From assembly GCF_963921235.1 (NCBI RefSeq), contig NC_086097.1:8308001-8372000 (forward strand): a stretch of 64,000 bases of DNA, given 5' to 3'. This document shows positions 24,575-37,568 of this stretch, one piece after another; position 1 is the first letter of the stretch, and each line of letters begins with the position of its first letter. The position numbers and the translations under genes were made by a program. The stretch is from Mobula hypostoma (taxonomy: Eukaryota). A model generated the notes under the pieces. That model was not told the DNA's origin. It made no database searches and was given only the letters and a program-made list of their open reading frames with translations.

Positions 24575-25380
24575 AGTTCAAAGTTCAAAGTAAATGTTAT
24601 TATTCAACTACATAAATGTCACCATATACAACCCAGAGATTAATTTTTTTTGTGGGCATACTCAATAAATCTATAGAATAATAGCCATAATAGAATCAAT
24701 GAAAGACTGCAACACACATCAAAGTTGCTGGTGAATGCAGCAGGCCAGGCAGCATCTCTAGGAGGAGATACAGTCGACGTTTCGGGCCGAGACCCTTCGT
24801 CAGGACTAACATGACTGAATCAATGAAAGACTGGCCAAATTGGGAATTCAACCAGAGTGCGGAAGACAACAAACTATGCAATAAATGAATAAATAAACAA
24901 ACAAATAATAAATAAATAAACAAATAATAGATAATAAATAAGTAATAAATATCTAGATGATGAGATGAAGAGTCCCTGAAATTGAGTTCGTAGATTGTGG
25001 GAACATTTCAATGATGGGGCAAGTTAAGTTGTTTGAAGTTTTACTTATGGTTGAAGAGTCTGATGGTTGAGGGGTAGTTACTGTTCCTAAACCTGATGTT
25101 TTTGGTCACGAAGTTCCTGCACCTTCTTCTTCATGGCAACAGCGAGAAGAGAGAGCATGTTCAGTATGGTGGGAATTCCTGCTGATAGATGCTGCTTTTC
25201 TGTGAAAGTGTTTCACGTGGATGTGTTCAATTGTAGGGAGGGCTTTATCCATGATGGACAGGGCCATATCCTCAACATTTGTAGGATTTTCCATTCAAGG
25301 GCATCAGTGTTTCCATACCAGGATGTGATGCAGCCAGTCACTATACTCTCCACTATGCATCACTAGAAGTTTGTCAAAAG
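24575..25380 (-). mobile_element. Rex1/Babar-like LINE 3' fragment hosting a hammerhead-bearing insertion
   Basis: (TTCAAAG)n tail; ALPTIEHI..RKAASI..HALSS; homologous uninterrupted copy at 57415-58160. Confidence 0.75.
24710..24816 (-). mobile_element. 107-bp Penelope terminal-repeat insertion with intact hammerhead motif (24772-24807)
   Basis: 17-bp TSD GAATCAATGAAAGACTG at 24693-24709 and 24817-24833; reverse complement AGTC-CTGACGA-AGGGTCTCGGCCC-GAAA-CGTC-GACT. Confidence 0.88.
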
Positions 25381-26084
25381 TAAGTTGCTAGGAGATATTT
25401 ATTGATAGGCATAATAGGCAAAAAAACTGTAAATGGCATGTAATGCGGGGAAATGGAGGGCATTATTTAAATGGAAAAAACATTCAGAAAGCTGCAGCAC
25501 AGTGATTTAGGGTCCTGGTGCATGGAATGAAGTTGGCTGTTTTTTTAAGGAAAGCTGAAATATAAATGTAGGGAATTCTTATTGCAAATATAAAAGGCAC
25601 TAGTCAGTCCATCCCTAAAGCACTGTGAACTATTGTGGTCTCCCATTTTAAAGAAAGATATTATTGCATTGAAGATTGTTCAGATAAATTTCAAGAGGAT
25701 GATCGCAAGTATGGATGTGTTATCCTTTGTTGAGAAGTTAAGAGGACTGTGTTTAAACTCACTTGAGTTTAGATGAATGAGAGATGATCTTACTGAAATA
25801 TAGGATTCTTGCGAGCTCTCTCTCATAAGATGCTTCCTCTCATAATAGAGCTAAAATCCAAGGAGCAGTTGCAACAGACAAGATTCAATGGGCTGAAGAG
25901 TCTAATTCTGCTTCGATTTTCTGCTGGTTTTTCTGAATAAGAGGACAGCCATTTCAGACTGAGATCAGGAAGAAATTTAACCCTATCACTGATTGATTCC
26001 ACAACGTATGGTCTCACTTTTAAGGACTCAACAACTCATGTTTTCAATATTTACTACTGATATATTAATTTTTTATGTTTTTTC

Positions 26085-26350
26085 AGCTCAAGCTGGTAAA
26101 ACCATAGCCAAGCATGCTCATTTTTTAATTGCTAGGAACTTTCAGACTATTCTAGTGGTGTTTAGTCTTGTGGTTTTCTGGAGACTTACATAAATATTGC
26201 TGTTTAATTGTTTAATACTCTTGTCTAGAGACTTTGGGATGATACCAGTCGTAGATATTACCACTGGGGCAATATATACCCTGTTCAGGTTCCACTGTCC
26301 TTCAATTTCTTATTTTAGTTCAGCATATTTCTGGTGTTATTCACTTATGT
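26085..26350 (-). mobile_element. R4/Dong-like (RLE) non-LTR retrotransposon 3' fragment
   Basis: Reverse complement homologous to 41510-41830 (..KYAELK.EIEG.WN.NRV.I.PVVIS.TG.IPK). Confidence 0.7.
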
Positions 26351-26854
26351 CATATATCATGTGTCTTTGGAATGGCTATATCTATTAATTAAGCTGTTCT
26401 TGTTTGTTTATCCTTCAATATTATATCCAGATGCTTATTGCCCTACCTGTAATAACGGATCAGCCGTAATAAAATTTCTAGGACCGGTTCTAAAACTGGA
26501 TCAGGCTTGTATTTATAGTAATGTATGGTTTCTTTTATGAAGTTGAATTTCAAAGCAAGGTTTTACTGAATGATGATTATTATTATTTCTTTTTTTTTAC
26601 TTGCACAGTTTATTGTATTTTGCACATTGGTTGCTTGTCTGTCTATTGTTTTTCATGGATTCTGTCGTGTTTCTTTGTATTTACTGTGAATACTCACAAG
26701 TAAATGAACTTCAGGGTAGTATATGGTACATATACATACTTTGACAATAAATTCACTCTGAACTTTGAATCTTTGGAACTCCTTGTCACAGAGAACTGCG
26801 AGGGTGGATGGCTTGGACATGTTTATGTCTGGGAGAGACAGAATTCTAATCAGT

Positions 26855-27770
26855 AAAAAACATAGAAAAATAGAAAACCTACATCACAATACAGGCCCTT
26901 CAGCCAACGAAGCTGTGCCGAACATGTCCTTCCTTGAGAAATTACCTTTGGTTACCCATAGCCCTCTATTTTTCTGAACTCCCTATACCTGTGCAGGAGT
27001 CTCTCAAAAGACCCTATCGTATCTACCCCCACCACTGTCGCTGGCAGCCCATTCTACACACTCACCACTCTGCGTAAAAAAAAAACTTACCCCAATAATT
27101 CCTCTGTACCTACTTCCAAGCACCTTAAAACTTGTGCTAGCCATTTCAGCCCTGGGAAAAAGCCTTTGACTATCCACACGATCAATGCCTCTCATACCTC
27201 TATCAGGTCACCTCTCATCCTCCGTTGCTCCAAAGAAAAAAGGCTGTGTTCATTCAACCTATTTCCATAAGGCATGCTCCCCAATCCAGGCAACATCCTT
27301 GTAAATCTCCTCTGCACCCTTTCTATGGTTTCCATATCCTTCCTATAGCAAGGCGACCAGAACTGAGCACAGTACTCCAAGTGGGGTCTGACCAGGGTCC
27401 TATGTAGCTGCAGCATTGCCTCTCAGCTCCTAAACTCGATCCCACGATTAAGGCCAATGCACTGTATGGTTTCTTAACCACAGAGTCAACCTGCACAGCA
27501 GCCTTGAGTGTCCTATGGACTTGGACCCCAAGATCCCTCTGATCCTCCACACTGCCAAGAGTCTTACTATTAATACTAATCCCTCCCTCCACTCCTTCAT
27601 CCAGGTCATTTATAAAAATCACAAAGAGTAGGGGTACCAGAACAGATCCCTGAGGAACTGGTCACCGACCTCCATGCAGAATATGACCTGTCTACAACCA
27701 CTCTTTGCCTTCTGTGGGCAAGCCAGTTCTGAACCCACAAAGCAATTTCTCCTTGGATCCCATGCCTCGA
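26855..27770 (-). mobile_element. CR1-type LINE fragment with internal deletions (homologous 3' end at 63428-63710)
   Basis: [31 protein letters not shown]; (ACATAGAA)n-like tail. Confidence 0.88.
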
Positions 27771-28129
27771 TTAATTGTATGCAGAAAGAACAGGACAGAT
27801 TTAATAAATGTTGAATGTCAGGAGAGGTTTGAGGGCTGAATGGCCATCTCTTGTTCTGACTTACGCTGTTAACTCCACAGTGCACCAATTGCCTTTCACC
27901 TTTAATGTTTGTTACTGTACAAGTTCTCACACAAGCTGTGTAATACTTCAGTTGGGGAAATCTCACAGTATTTACCACGAGGTTGCACAGTAGTGTAACA
28001 CTGTTACAACACAAGTGACCCCGATTGATTTGCTGCCAATGTCTGTAAGGACATTGCTCCAAGTGACTCTATGCTTGCGTTTCATCAGAGTGCTGTGGTT
28101 TCCTTCCACAGACTAAACACCTAATCCTG

Positions 28130-28545
28130 CACACAAATGATTCCAGGATTGAATGGTGGACGAAAAGCGTTTGCTAGCTCTAGGCCTGTACTCACTAGAA
28201 TTCAGAAGAATGAGAGGCGACCTCATTGAAACCAATCGAATGCTGAAAGGCCTTTGTAGAGTGGATGTGGAGAGGATGTTTCGTATGGTGGGAGAGACTA
28301 AGACCAGAGGATACAGCCTTAGAATAAAGGGGCTTCTTTTAAAATGGAGATGAGGAGAAATGTCTTCAGTCAGACAGTGAAAAATCTGTGGAATTCTTTG
28401 CCACAGGCAGGTGTGGAGACCAAGTTTTTATGTATATTTAAAACAGAGATTAAGAGGAAAATTGAATCAGCAATTATGAAATGGTGGAACAGACTCGATG
28501 GGCCAAATGGCCTAATTCTGCTCCTATGTCTTATGATCTTAGGTT
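28130..28545 (+). mobile_element. CR1/HER1-type LINE 3' fragment
   Basis: LGLYSLEFRRMRGDLIET..; FSQTVKNLWNSLPQ. Confidence 0.85.
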
Positions 28546-28619
28546 AATGGGTCACATGAGTGTAATTGGGCGGTGCGGACTCAGATGGCCAAAGAGCCTC
28601 TTACTGTGCTGTACATCTA

Positions 28620-28722
28620 AATAAACAGATAGATAAATTGATAGATAAATAGATAAATAAATGAACAGATAAATGAGTGAATGAATGAATGAATGAATCA
28701 ATCAATCAATCAATCAATCAAC
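28620..28722 (+). repeat. Compound tetranucleotide microsatellite (AGAT/AAAT, GAAT, CAAT)
   Basis: Read directly from the sequence. Confidence 0.9.
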
Positions 28723-29564
28723 CAAACTGGATTTCAAAAGCCATCATTAATTTCATTTCCCCAGGGTTATGGGTTATCTCTGGGTCCTCCAGCTTCCCAC
28801 AATTGATGGTCTCATTTTAAGGACTCTTTATATTATTATTTCATGCTCATTATTTGCTACTATTTATTTATATTTGCATTTGTACAGTTTGTTTCTTATT
28901 GATCCTGTTTACTCAAGACTGTATGTAGTGACATGTATGTACTCTGATAATAAATCTTGCTTTGAACTTTTTGAACTTTGAACAATCCAAAGACATAACA
29001 GGTAGGTTAACTGGTCATTGTAAATGGGAGAATCTGAGGAACAGAATTCTCCAGTGCCAAGGTGAATAATTTCTACATTGAAGCAACACTGATCTATACT
29101 AACTGTAATAATAGGTAATAGGATAGAGTTCTCCATCTCGGTGTGGAAGGTATTGTGATGAAGTTAATAGTGAAGCTAGTTATCAGTTGTAAAATGAACA
29201 GGTTGAAGGACAATGTACTACAGGTATGAAGTAGATAGAGGTACTTTGTCTGTGGAATGACAGGTGACATCAGAGTGAAAACTTAAAAGAACATTAGTGG
29301 ACATTAGGGTCACTCAGAATTACAATTTTTAATTCTCATCAGTGCCAATGGTAAACTGCCCTCTACCTCTTCAAAGAATCATTATCAAACAGAATTTAAT
29401 GTCATTCCACAGAAAAAGGATATTAGTTTAGGTTATTTAAATTTGGTCAAGGTGCTGATTTTTAAAGAATGAGAGGTTTGAGGATTAAACTCTATTGTTC
29501 AGAGCATACAAAACTAAAGGCATGTTTGCTAGTATTAGAGCAAAGAGCAATAGTGATCAGAGGA

Positions 29565-29718
29565 ACACACACAAAATGCTAGAGGAACTCAGCAATCAGT
29601 CCTGCTGAAGGGTTTCAGTCCTAGACGTTGACCGTTTATTGATTTCCATTGATGCTGCCTGGCCTGCATTTTGTGTGTACTGCTCTGGAGTTTCAGCATC
29701 GGGCAGAATCTCTCATGT
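29565..29718. mobile_element. Penelope-derived inverted terminal-repeat insertion with degenerate hammerhead
   Basis: TSD TAGTGATCAGAGGA (29551-29564) / TAGTGATCAAAGGA (29719-29732). Confidence 0.75.
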
Positions 29719-30240
29719 TAGTGATCAAAGGATAGCAAGATGAAACATACGCAGAGATCTCCTTGGCGTGAAAAGTTTGCAAATGCAAGCAAGTGAGAAG
29801 CCTATGAGAAATCCGGACAATTTATTGATATTAATTCCAATCCTTAATTTAAATTCGGTGAACAAAATAATCAGTAAAGAAAATTGTGACCAATGTTTTA
29901 GTTCTTACTTTCCTAAGTTATTATATGATATATGTGTGTTATGTGTAGGACTTGTAACTGCTGGTCTTCCATACAACCTTGCCCAGGCCTGCGCCCTGGA
30001 ACTTTCCAAGGCGCAAATCCATGGCTCATGAGACTAACGGGTGCCTATATGTATATGACTGTGCTTTACACCGTAGTTCGGAGAAACATTGTCTCTTTTG
30101 ATGGTATACATGTATATAATTAAATGACAAATTGATGTATTGATTTGAATTGCTATATTATTGGGTATATTTACCTTGTTACTGATATGTCCAAGGGAAG
30201 AAAATCTGTTATCTTTATTTGGGGTTGTCTATATCTGACT

Positions 30241-30557
30241 ATGTGTGGGCATGTGGCCAAGTGGTTAAGGTGTTCGACTAGCGATCTGAAGGTCGTGAGT
30301 TTGAGCCCCAGCCAAGGCAGCGTGTTGTGGTCCTTGAGCAAGGCACTTAATCACACAGTGCTGTGCGATGACACTGGTGCCAAGCTGTATGGGTGCTAAT
30401 GCCCTTCCCTTGGACAACATCAGTGTCATGGAGAAGGGAGACTTGCAGCATGGGCAACTGCTGGTCTTCCATACAACCTTTCCCAGGCCTGCGCCCTGGA
30501 GAGTGAAGACTTTCCAGGCTCAGATCCATGGTCTCACAAGACTAACGGATGCCTTAA
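30241..30557 (+). mobile_element. tRNA-derived SINE (same family as 2538-2844)
   Basis: TSD TATATCTGACT at 30230-30240 and 30558-30568. Confidence 0.85.
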
Positions 30558-31244
30558 TATATCTGACTCCAGAACCATGGTAGTGCAGCGGTTAGTGTAA
30601 AGATATTACGGATTGAGACGATGGAGTTCAGAATTCAATTCCAAGGTCATCTGTAAAGAGTCTGTATGTCCTCCCTGTGAAAGGTGTGGGTTTCCTCCGG
30701 GTGCTCTAAAGACTTCCTGATTAGTAAGTTAATTGTGCATTGTAAATTGTTCCATAATTAGGCTGGTATTAAATTGGGGTTGTTGGGTGGTACAGCTCGA
30801 AAAGCCTGTTCCACACTATATCTCAATAAATATATAAGCGAGGAGGTTTTGATTCTGAAATGGCCTAACAAGACATTCACTTTTAGAACAATTAGGAATA
30901 AATAATAAATCTCACAACACCTGAAACAGAAAAAAAATTCTGTTGAAATCTGTTTTTAAATCTCCCAGCTTTCTAAAGGAATTCCTTTGTCTTCCCTTTT
31001 AAAACATTAACTTGTGTGAGCTAATGTGTCAATTAATTTTCTTTTCTTTTTGATATCGAAGAGCAATAACTATTGTTATATTAACACTCTAAAATTGACT
31101 ATCAAGTAATTAGCTCAGCTTCAGGGCAAATATTTAAATTTGAAGATTGGATTTACAGAAGATAATGTGGAAGCCATGTTAATTCTGCAGATTAAGTAAT
31201 TGACTCTAACAATGAATGAAAATGAAAATGAATTCATAGAGACG

Positions 31245-31820
31245 ATACCACAAAAAGGTGGCATCCATCATTAGGGACCCTGATCATCTAGGACATACCT
31301 TCTTTTCACTGCTACCATCAAAGAGGAGGTACAGGAGCCTGAAGACACACACTCAATTCTTCAATAATAGTTTCCTTTTTTTTTTGCTCTCTTTCTGTCC
31401 CCTTGTATTATCCTGAGGAGGTCAATGCAATCAAATACATTAAATGTACAAGAAACAAGGATTAGAGGATACTACCCTTAATAGGTAGCCATCATTAAAT
31501 GGCATCCAACATTAAGGGCCCCCGTGACCCAAGACATACCCTCTTTTCACTGCTACCATCAAGGAGAAGGTACAGGAGCCTAAAGACACACACATTCAAT
31601 GCTTCAAGAATAGCTTCTTCTCCTCTGCCAATAGATTTCCAAATGGACAATGAACCCATGTACACTGCCTCTAAACTTTTTTCTTTTTTTTTGCTCTTTT
31701 TGCACAACTTATTTATTTTAATTTAATTTTATTTTATTTTACTTTTATTACATACGTTTTTATTCTCATATTTTGCAACGTACTGCTGCTACAAAATAAC
31801 AGAATCTGTTTCTGATTCTA
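31245..31820 (+). mobile_element. Two Rex1/Babar-like 3' fragments
   Basis: IKGPRDPRHTLFSLLPSRRRYRSLKTHT. Confidence 0.75.
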
Positions 31821-31964
31821 TAAGACTTCAATAAAATAATTCTACACAGAAATCAATCACACATGCAAAGGCATATATTATCACTCGTCTAACTTTGGTT
31901 TACATCACGGAATTCATCTCATGGCACTGTGTTTATTTTCACTTAAATTGAATCTTTTCTGCAG

Positions 31965-32023
31965 CCCGAGTCCCCTGTGGAGATCTTGGCGGAAATCTCA
32001 GAGGTGTTACAAATAGAGTGGAG
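31965..32023 (+). other. Candidate 59-nt exon, unidentified
   Basis: Strong acceptor ttttcacttaaattgaatcttttctgcag and donor GAG|gtcagt; two open frames. Confidence 0.25.
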
Positions 32024-32517
32024 GTCAGTAATTGCTTGTTGGTTTTGATCTCCTGTCGATGTGATGATTGACAGGCTGACGGTCTGCAACACAGACTGAT
32101 GGGATGGAAGTACTTGACAGAATGCGTCTCAGTATGCTATTAATCATTTGCTCTACATTTTCCCCACCACATTGGAACATGTTTTCACAGTTCCACTTCA
32201 TTAATTAAAACAAAGTTGTTATCGAGAAGGTGAACTTCACTAAAACATTTTGCTACTCGGTATGATTCAACCATGAAGACCGCAGGTCTCATTAACTCAG
32301 AGTTATACATTCATGTTGTGGAGAAACAGGGTCTTCGGGTGGCCACATCTTTGCCCATCAACATGGACCTATCTATACTAATCCCATCTTCCAGTACTTG
32401 ACCTGTAACTTTCTTTACCATTGAGTTTGAAGTGCACAACTCGATATTTCTTCAGTATGAGAATGCCTGCTTCTTTCACCTCCTGAAGAGGATTCAAAAT
32501 TCCAGCACCAACTGAAC

Positions 32518-32600
32518 CAGGGGTTCCCAACCTTCTTTCATGCCATGGACACTGACCGTTAACCGAGAGGTCCATGGACCTCAGGTTGGGAACGCCTACT
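32518..32600. mobile_element. hAT/Charlie-like MITE (other copies ~40410-40480, 56130-56200)
   Basis: TIR CAGGGGTTCCCAACC ... GGTTGGGAACGCCT; other copies abut TCTAGA-like targets. Confidence 0.72.
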
Positions 32601-33593
32601 CTGGACCATCAAGGCTTTCTATTGGTCAGGATCAACCATGGATTTTACATCCTGGCTCTCGAAGTTGGTACCCAAAATAGTATCCAATCAAAGTACCATA
32701 TGGAGAACAAGCTATTGCACAAGTAGCAAGCTCCCCCTCTCTACACAACTGATGAATCCAAAGGAATGGCAGAGAACTATACAGTTTAGACTGATAGATA
32801 GATACTTTATTGATCACAAAGGAAATGACAGTGTTTCAGTAGCATTACAAGTTCACCTGATTTGCAAATACACAAATATTAGAAGAGAAGTAAGAAAGAA
32901 TAAAAAATCAGTTACTTCAAACAGTCTAACAAGAGGGGGGGTCATTACTTCCCTGGTTATAGGTTGACTCATTATAGAGCCTAATGGCCGAGGGTAAGAA
33001 TGACCTCATATAATGCTCATTGGAGCAGTGCAGCTGTCTTGATCTATTACTAAGAGTGCTCCTCTCTTCAGCCAAGGTGGCATGCAGAGGGTGAGAAACA
33101 TTGTCCAGAATTGCCAGGATTTTCCTTTGTTCTACCACAGCCTCCAGTGTGTCCAATTTGACTCCAATAACAGAGCCAACCTTTCTAATCAGTTTATTAA
33201 GCCTGTTGGCATCCTCCATGTTAATGCCATTGCCCCAGCACACCACAGTATAGAAGATTGTACTGGTGACAACAGACTTGTAGAACATGTGAAGGAGAGG
33301 CCTGCATACTGAAAAGGACCTCAGTCTCCTCAGGAAGTAAGTCAAGTCAAGTCAAGTCACTTTTTATTGTCATATCGACCATAACTGCTGGTACAGTACA
33401 CAGTAAAAATGAGACAACTTTTTTCAGGACCATGGTGCTACATGAAACAATACAAAAACTACACTGAACTACATAAAACACCACAAAAACTACACTAGAC
33501 TACAGGCCTACCCAGGACTGCATAAAGTGCTCAAACAGTGCAGGCATTAAAATAAATAATAAACAAGACAATAGGCACAGTAGAGGGCAGTAG

Positions 33594-36500
33594 GTTCACA
33601 AGATCACAAGACAAAGGAGCAGAAGTAGGCCATTCGGTCCATCGAGTCTGCTCTGCCACTCCACCATGAGCTAAACTATTCTCCCATTTAGTTCCAATTT
33701 CCGGATTTTTCCCCATATCCCTTGATACCCTGACTAATTAGATACCTACCAATCTCCTCCTTAAACACCCTCAAAGATCAGGCCTCCACAGCCATATGTG
33801 GCAACGAATTCCATAAATCCACGACCCTCTGGCTAAAAAAATTTCTCCTCATCTCTGTTTTAAATGGGTACCCTCTAATTCTAAGACTATGGCCTCTTGT
33901 CCTGGATTCACCCACCTAGGGAAACAGCCTTTCCACATCTACTCTGTCCAACCTTTTCAACATTCAAAATGTTTCTATGAGATCCCCTCTCATTCTTCTA
34001 TACTCTAACAAATACAGTCCAAGAGCCGACAAATGATCCTCATTTAGGAATCATCCTCGTAAATCTTCTCTGAACTCTCTCCAACATCAATACATCCCTT
34101 CTAAGACAGGGGGCCCAAAACTGCACACAGTATTCCAAATGAGGTCTCACTAATGCCCCATAGACCCTCATCAACACCTCCTTAATTTTCCTCTTGAAAT
34201 GAATGCCAACATAGCATTCGCTTTCCTTACCGCCAATCCAACTTGGTGGTTAATCTTTAGGATATCCTGCACGAGGACCCCCAAGCCCCTTTGCACTTCC
34301 GATTTTTGAATTTCCTCCCCATCTAAATAATAATCTGCCTGATTATTTCTTCTTTCAAAATGTACAACTGTACATTTCTCAACATTGTGTCTCATCTGCC
34401 ATTTCTTTGCCCACTCTCCTAAACTGACTAAGCCTTTCGGCAACCTTTCTGTTTCTTCAACATTTCCTGCTCCTCCACCTATCTTGGTGTCATCCGCAAA
34501 TTTAGCCACAAAACCATTTGATCCATAATCTAAATTGTAAAAAGCAGCGGCCCCAACACTGACTGTAGTGTTATCGTGCAGTGTGTTGAAACTCTAACTA
34601 AATACCAAGTTAAACCGGAGCCATTGAAGACAGAGTCATAGTAAGATTAACCATTTACTGTTCACTCTTCCACATTAACATCGTATGGTGAAAACTGTTG
34701 ATCAAAAAATACAAACAAAAACAGCGTCTGTTTCATTCTGGAGACCGCCTGTGCTCTCTTCTTTTAGCGAGTGTCTCCAGCCGCCCGAATAGGGAGCGAG
34801 GAGGGTCCCGTCAAACCACCGCCGGGCCTGAGCCCACCCCGCATTAGAAATTGAAAAGCCGACACGCGCGCCACCCAAACCGCCGCTTCCTTAACAGAAA
34901 CCGCGTTAATATTTTTACCTCAAATACTTTGATAGGAACTTACGGCGTTGCTTCTATAATGTTTCTTTGTGGGTAGACATGGAGCTCTTCATGATCATGT
35001 TGCACGCATGGCACCCACCTTCACACCTTCCCGAACCAGAGGGTACTCATAAGACGCGGCGAAATCGGAGGTGACGTCATCGCATGCCGCGATATACCAT
35101 CGACAATGAATTTACCTTTGTTATACTGTAACCTAATTATCAACCTTTAACTTTAACTAGAAAATAGTTCAGTCAAATAAATGCCTTAAGGGCAACACAC
35201 CGACCCCTGCGGAACACCACTAGTAACCGGCAACCAATCAGAATAGGATCCCTTTATTCCCACCTCTTGCTTTCTGCTTATCAGCCAATGCTCCACCCAT
35301 TCCAATATCTTTCCTGTAAGTCCATGGGCTCTCATCTTATTAAGCAGCCTCTTATGCCGCACCTTATCGAAGGCCTTTTGAAAATCCAAAAACACAACAT
35401 TCACAGCCTCTCCCTTGTCAATCTTATTTGAGATTACCTCAAAATTCCAGTAGGTTGGTGAGGCAGGATCTTCCCTTCATGAAACCATGCTGGCTTGGGC
35501 CTATCTTGTCATGCAGCTCGAGATATTTCATAACCTCGTCCTTGAAGATCGACACCAATAACTTTCCAACTACCGATGTCAGACCAATAGGTCTGTAATT
35601 TTCTTTTTGCTGCCTTTCTCCTTTCTTAAACAGCGGAACTACATTTGCGACCTTCCAGTCCTCCAGAACCATGCCAGAGTCTATTGATTCCTGGAAGATC
35701 ATTTCCAATGCCTCCACAATCTCCAAAGCCAACTCCTTCAGAACCCGTGGGTGCACCTCATCTGGTCCGAGAGACTTAACTATTCTTAGTCCATTTAGTT
35801 TCCCAAGCACTTTCTCTCTAGTAATCTTGACTGTACCTAATTTTATTCCCTGAGACCTCTGACTATCAGGTATGTTGCTAATGTCTTCCACTGTGAAGCC
35901 TGATGCAAAATACTCATTTAGTTCCTCTGCCATTATAGTTTCTCCAGCATCATTTTCCATGGGTCCTATATCTACCCATGTCACTCTTTTACTCTTCATG
36001 TATTTAAAAAAACTCTTAGTATCCTTTTTTATGTTAATTGCCAACTTCCTTTCATAATTCATCTTTTCTTTCTTAATGACTTTCTTAGTTTCCTTCTGTA
36101 AGTTTTTAAAAGTCATCCAATCCTCAGTTTTCCCACTAATTTTGTTTCCTCGTATGCCATCTCTTTTGCTTTAATTTTAGCCGTAACCTCTCTCGTTAGC
36201 CACATTTGTGCCATTTTTCCATTCATGATTTTTCTTTTTTCTTGGAATATACTTTTCCCTGCACGTTCCTGATTTCTGGTAGGAATTTCATCTAATTCTG
36301 CTCTACCATCCCTCCATCTAGCTTACTTTTCCAATTGACTTGGGCCAGTTCCTCTCGCATACCACTGTAATTTCCTTTGTTCCACTGAAATATCGATATA
36401 CCGGATACCAGCTTCTCCTTTTCAAATTTGAAACTGAACTGAATCATATTATGAGCACTACTTCCAAGGGGTTCCATTACCTCCAGCTCCCTAATCAGCT

Positions 36501-37568
36501 CAGGTTCATTACACAGCACCCAATCCAAAACAGCCGATCCCCTGGTGGACTTATGGACAAGCTGCTCCAAAAAGCCATCCTGTAGGCATTCTACAAACTC
36601 CCTCTCCTGGGATCCAGTACCTTCCTGACTTTCCCAATCCACTTTCATATTAAATTCCCCCATAATTATCTTGACATTTTCCTTCTGACATGCTTTTTCT
36701 ATTTCCAGCTGTAACTTGTAGTCCATATCCCGGCTGCTGTTTGGAGGCCTGTATATAACTGCTACTAGTGTCTTTTTACCCTTGCCATTTCTTAATTCTA
36801 CCCATAAGGATTCTACCTCTTCTGATCCTATTTCCCTTCTTTCTAGTGATTTGATATCATTGCTTACCATCAGGGCCACGCCACCCCCTTTTCCTACCTT
36901 CCTATCTTTCCTATACACTGTGTATCCTTGGACATTCAGCTCCCAATCACATCCATCATTTGGCCATGACTCGGTGATGGCCACAATGTCATATCTTTTA
37001 ACCTGTAGCTGTACAACAAGGTCATCCACTTTATTTCTAATGCTGCATGCATTTAAGTAAAGTACATTTAGATCAGTATCTGTTACCAATTTTGCTATAT
37101 TTCTATTGCACAGCAAATTATCCTGTCTATTCACCTGCCTGTCCTTCTTGCCATCTTTGCTGCGCAGTATCTTTGACTTATTTCTATTTTCCTCTTCCTC
37201 GACCCTAACACTCAGGGGGTTTCCTTCCCCCTGCCAACTTAGTTTAAACCCTCCCTAACAGCTATATTAAACAATCCTGCCAGGATATTAGTACGCTTTG
37301 AGTTCAGGTGTAACCCATTGTTTTTGTATAAGTCATACCTCCCCCAAAATAGATCCCAATGATCCAAGAATTTGAAGACTTGCCCCCTGCACCAGTTACT
37401 TAGCCACACATTCATTTGCTTAATTCTGCTATTCTTACCTTCATTAGCACGTGGCTCAGGCAGTAATCCTGAGATTATTACTCTGGAGGTCTGACTTTTC
37501 AATTTTCTTCCTAGCTCCTAGTAATCTTCCTTCAGGACCTCCTCTTTTTTTCTGTCTATGTCATTGGT
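33594..37568 (-). mobile_element. Long CR1/HER1-type LINE: ORF1 esterase end, APE endonuclease, RT (frameshifted)
   Basis: 37239-37502 SGNH-esterase-like (FLDHWDLFWGR..GLHLN); 36292-37134 APE (YLNACSIRNK, GGGVAL, IYRPP, HNMI); RT 35439-36116, 35186-35404, 34171-34509 (KFADDTK). Confidence 0.95.
34564..35197 (-). mobile_element. CpG-rich solo LTR inserted in the CR1 RT
   Basis: TGT...ACA termini; flanking duplication CACTGAC (34557-34563) / CACCGAC (35198-35204); CR1 sequence rejoins across it. Confidence 0.75.

Noticed and set aside
36292..37134. 280-aa ORF as a host or domesticated gene
   Set aside because: It is the APE endonuclease of a frameshifted CR1 LINE, with degenerate motifs (GEFN, SAHN).
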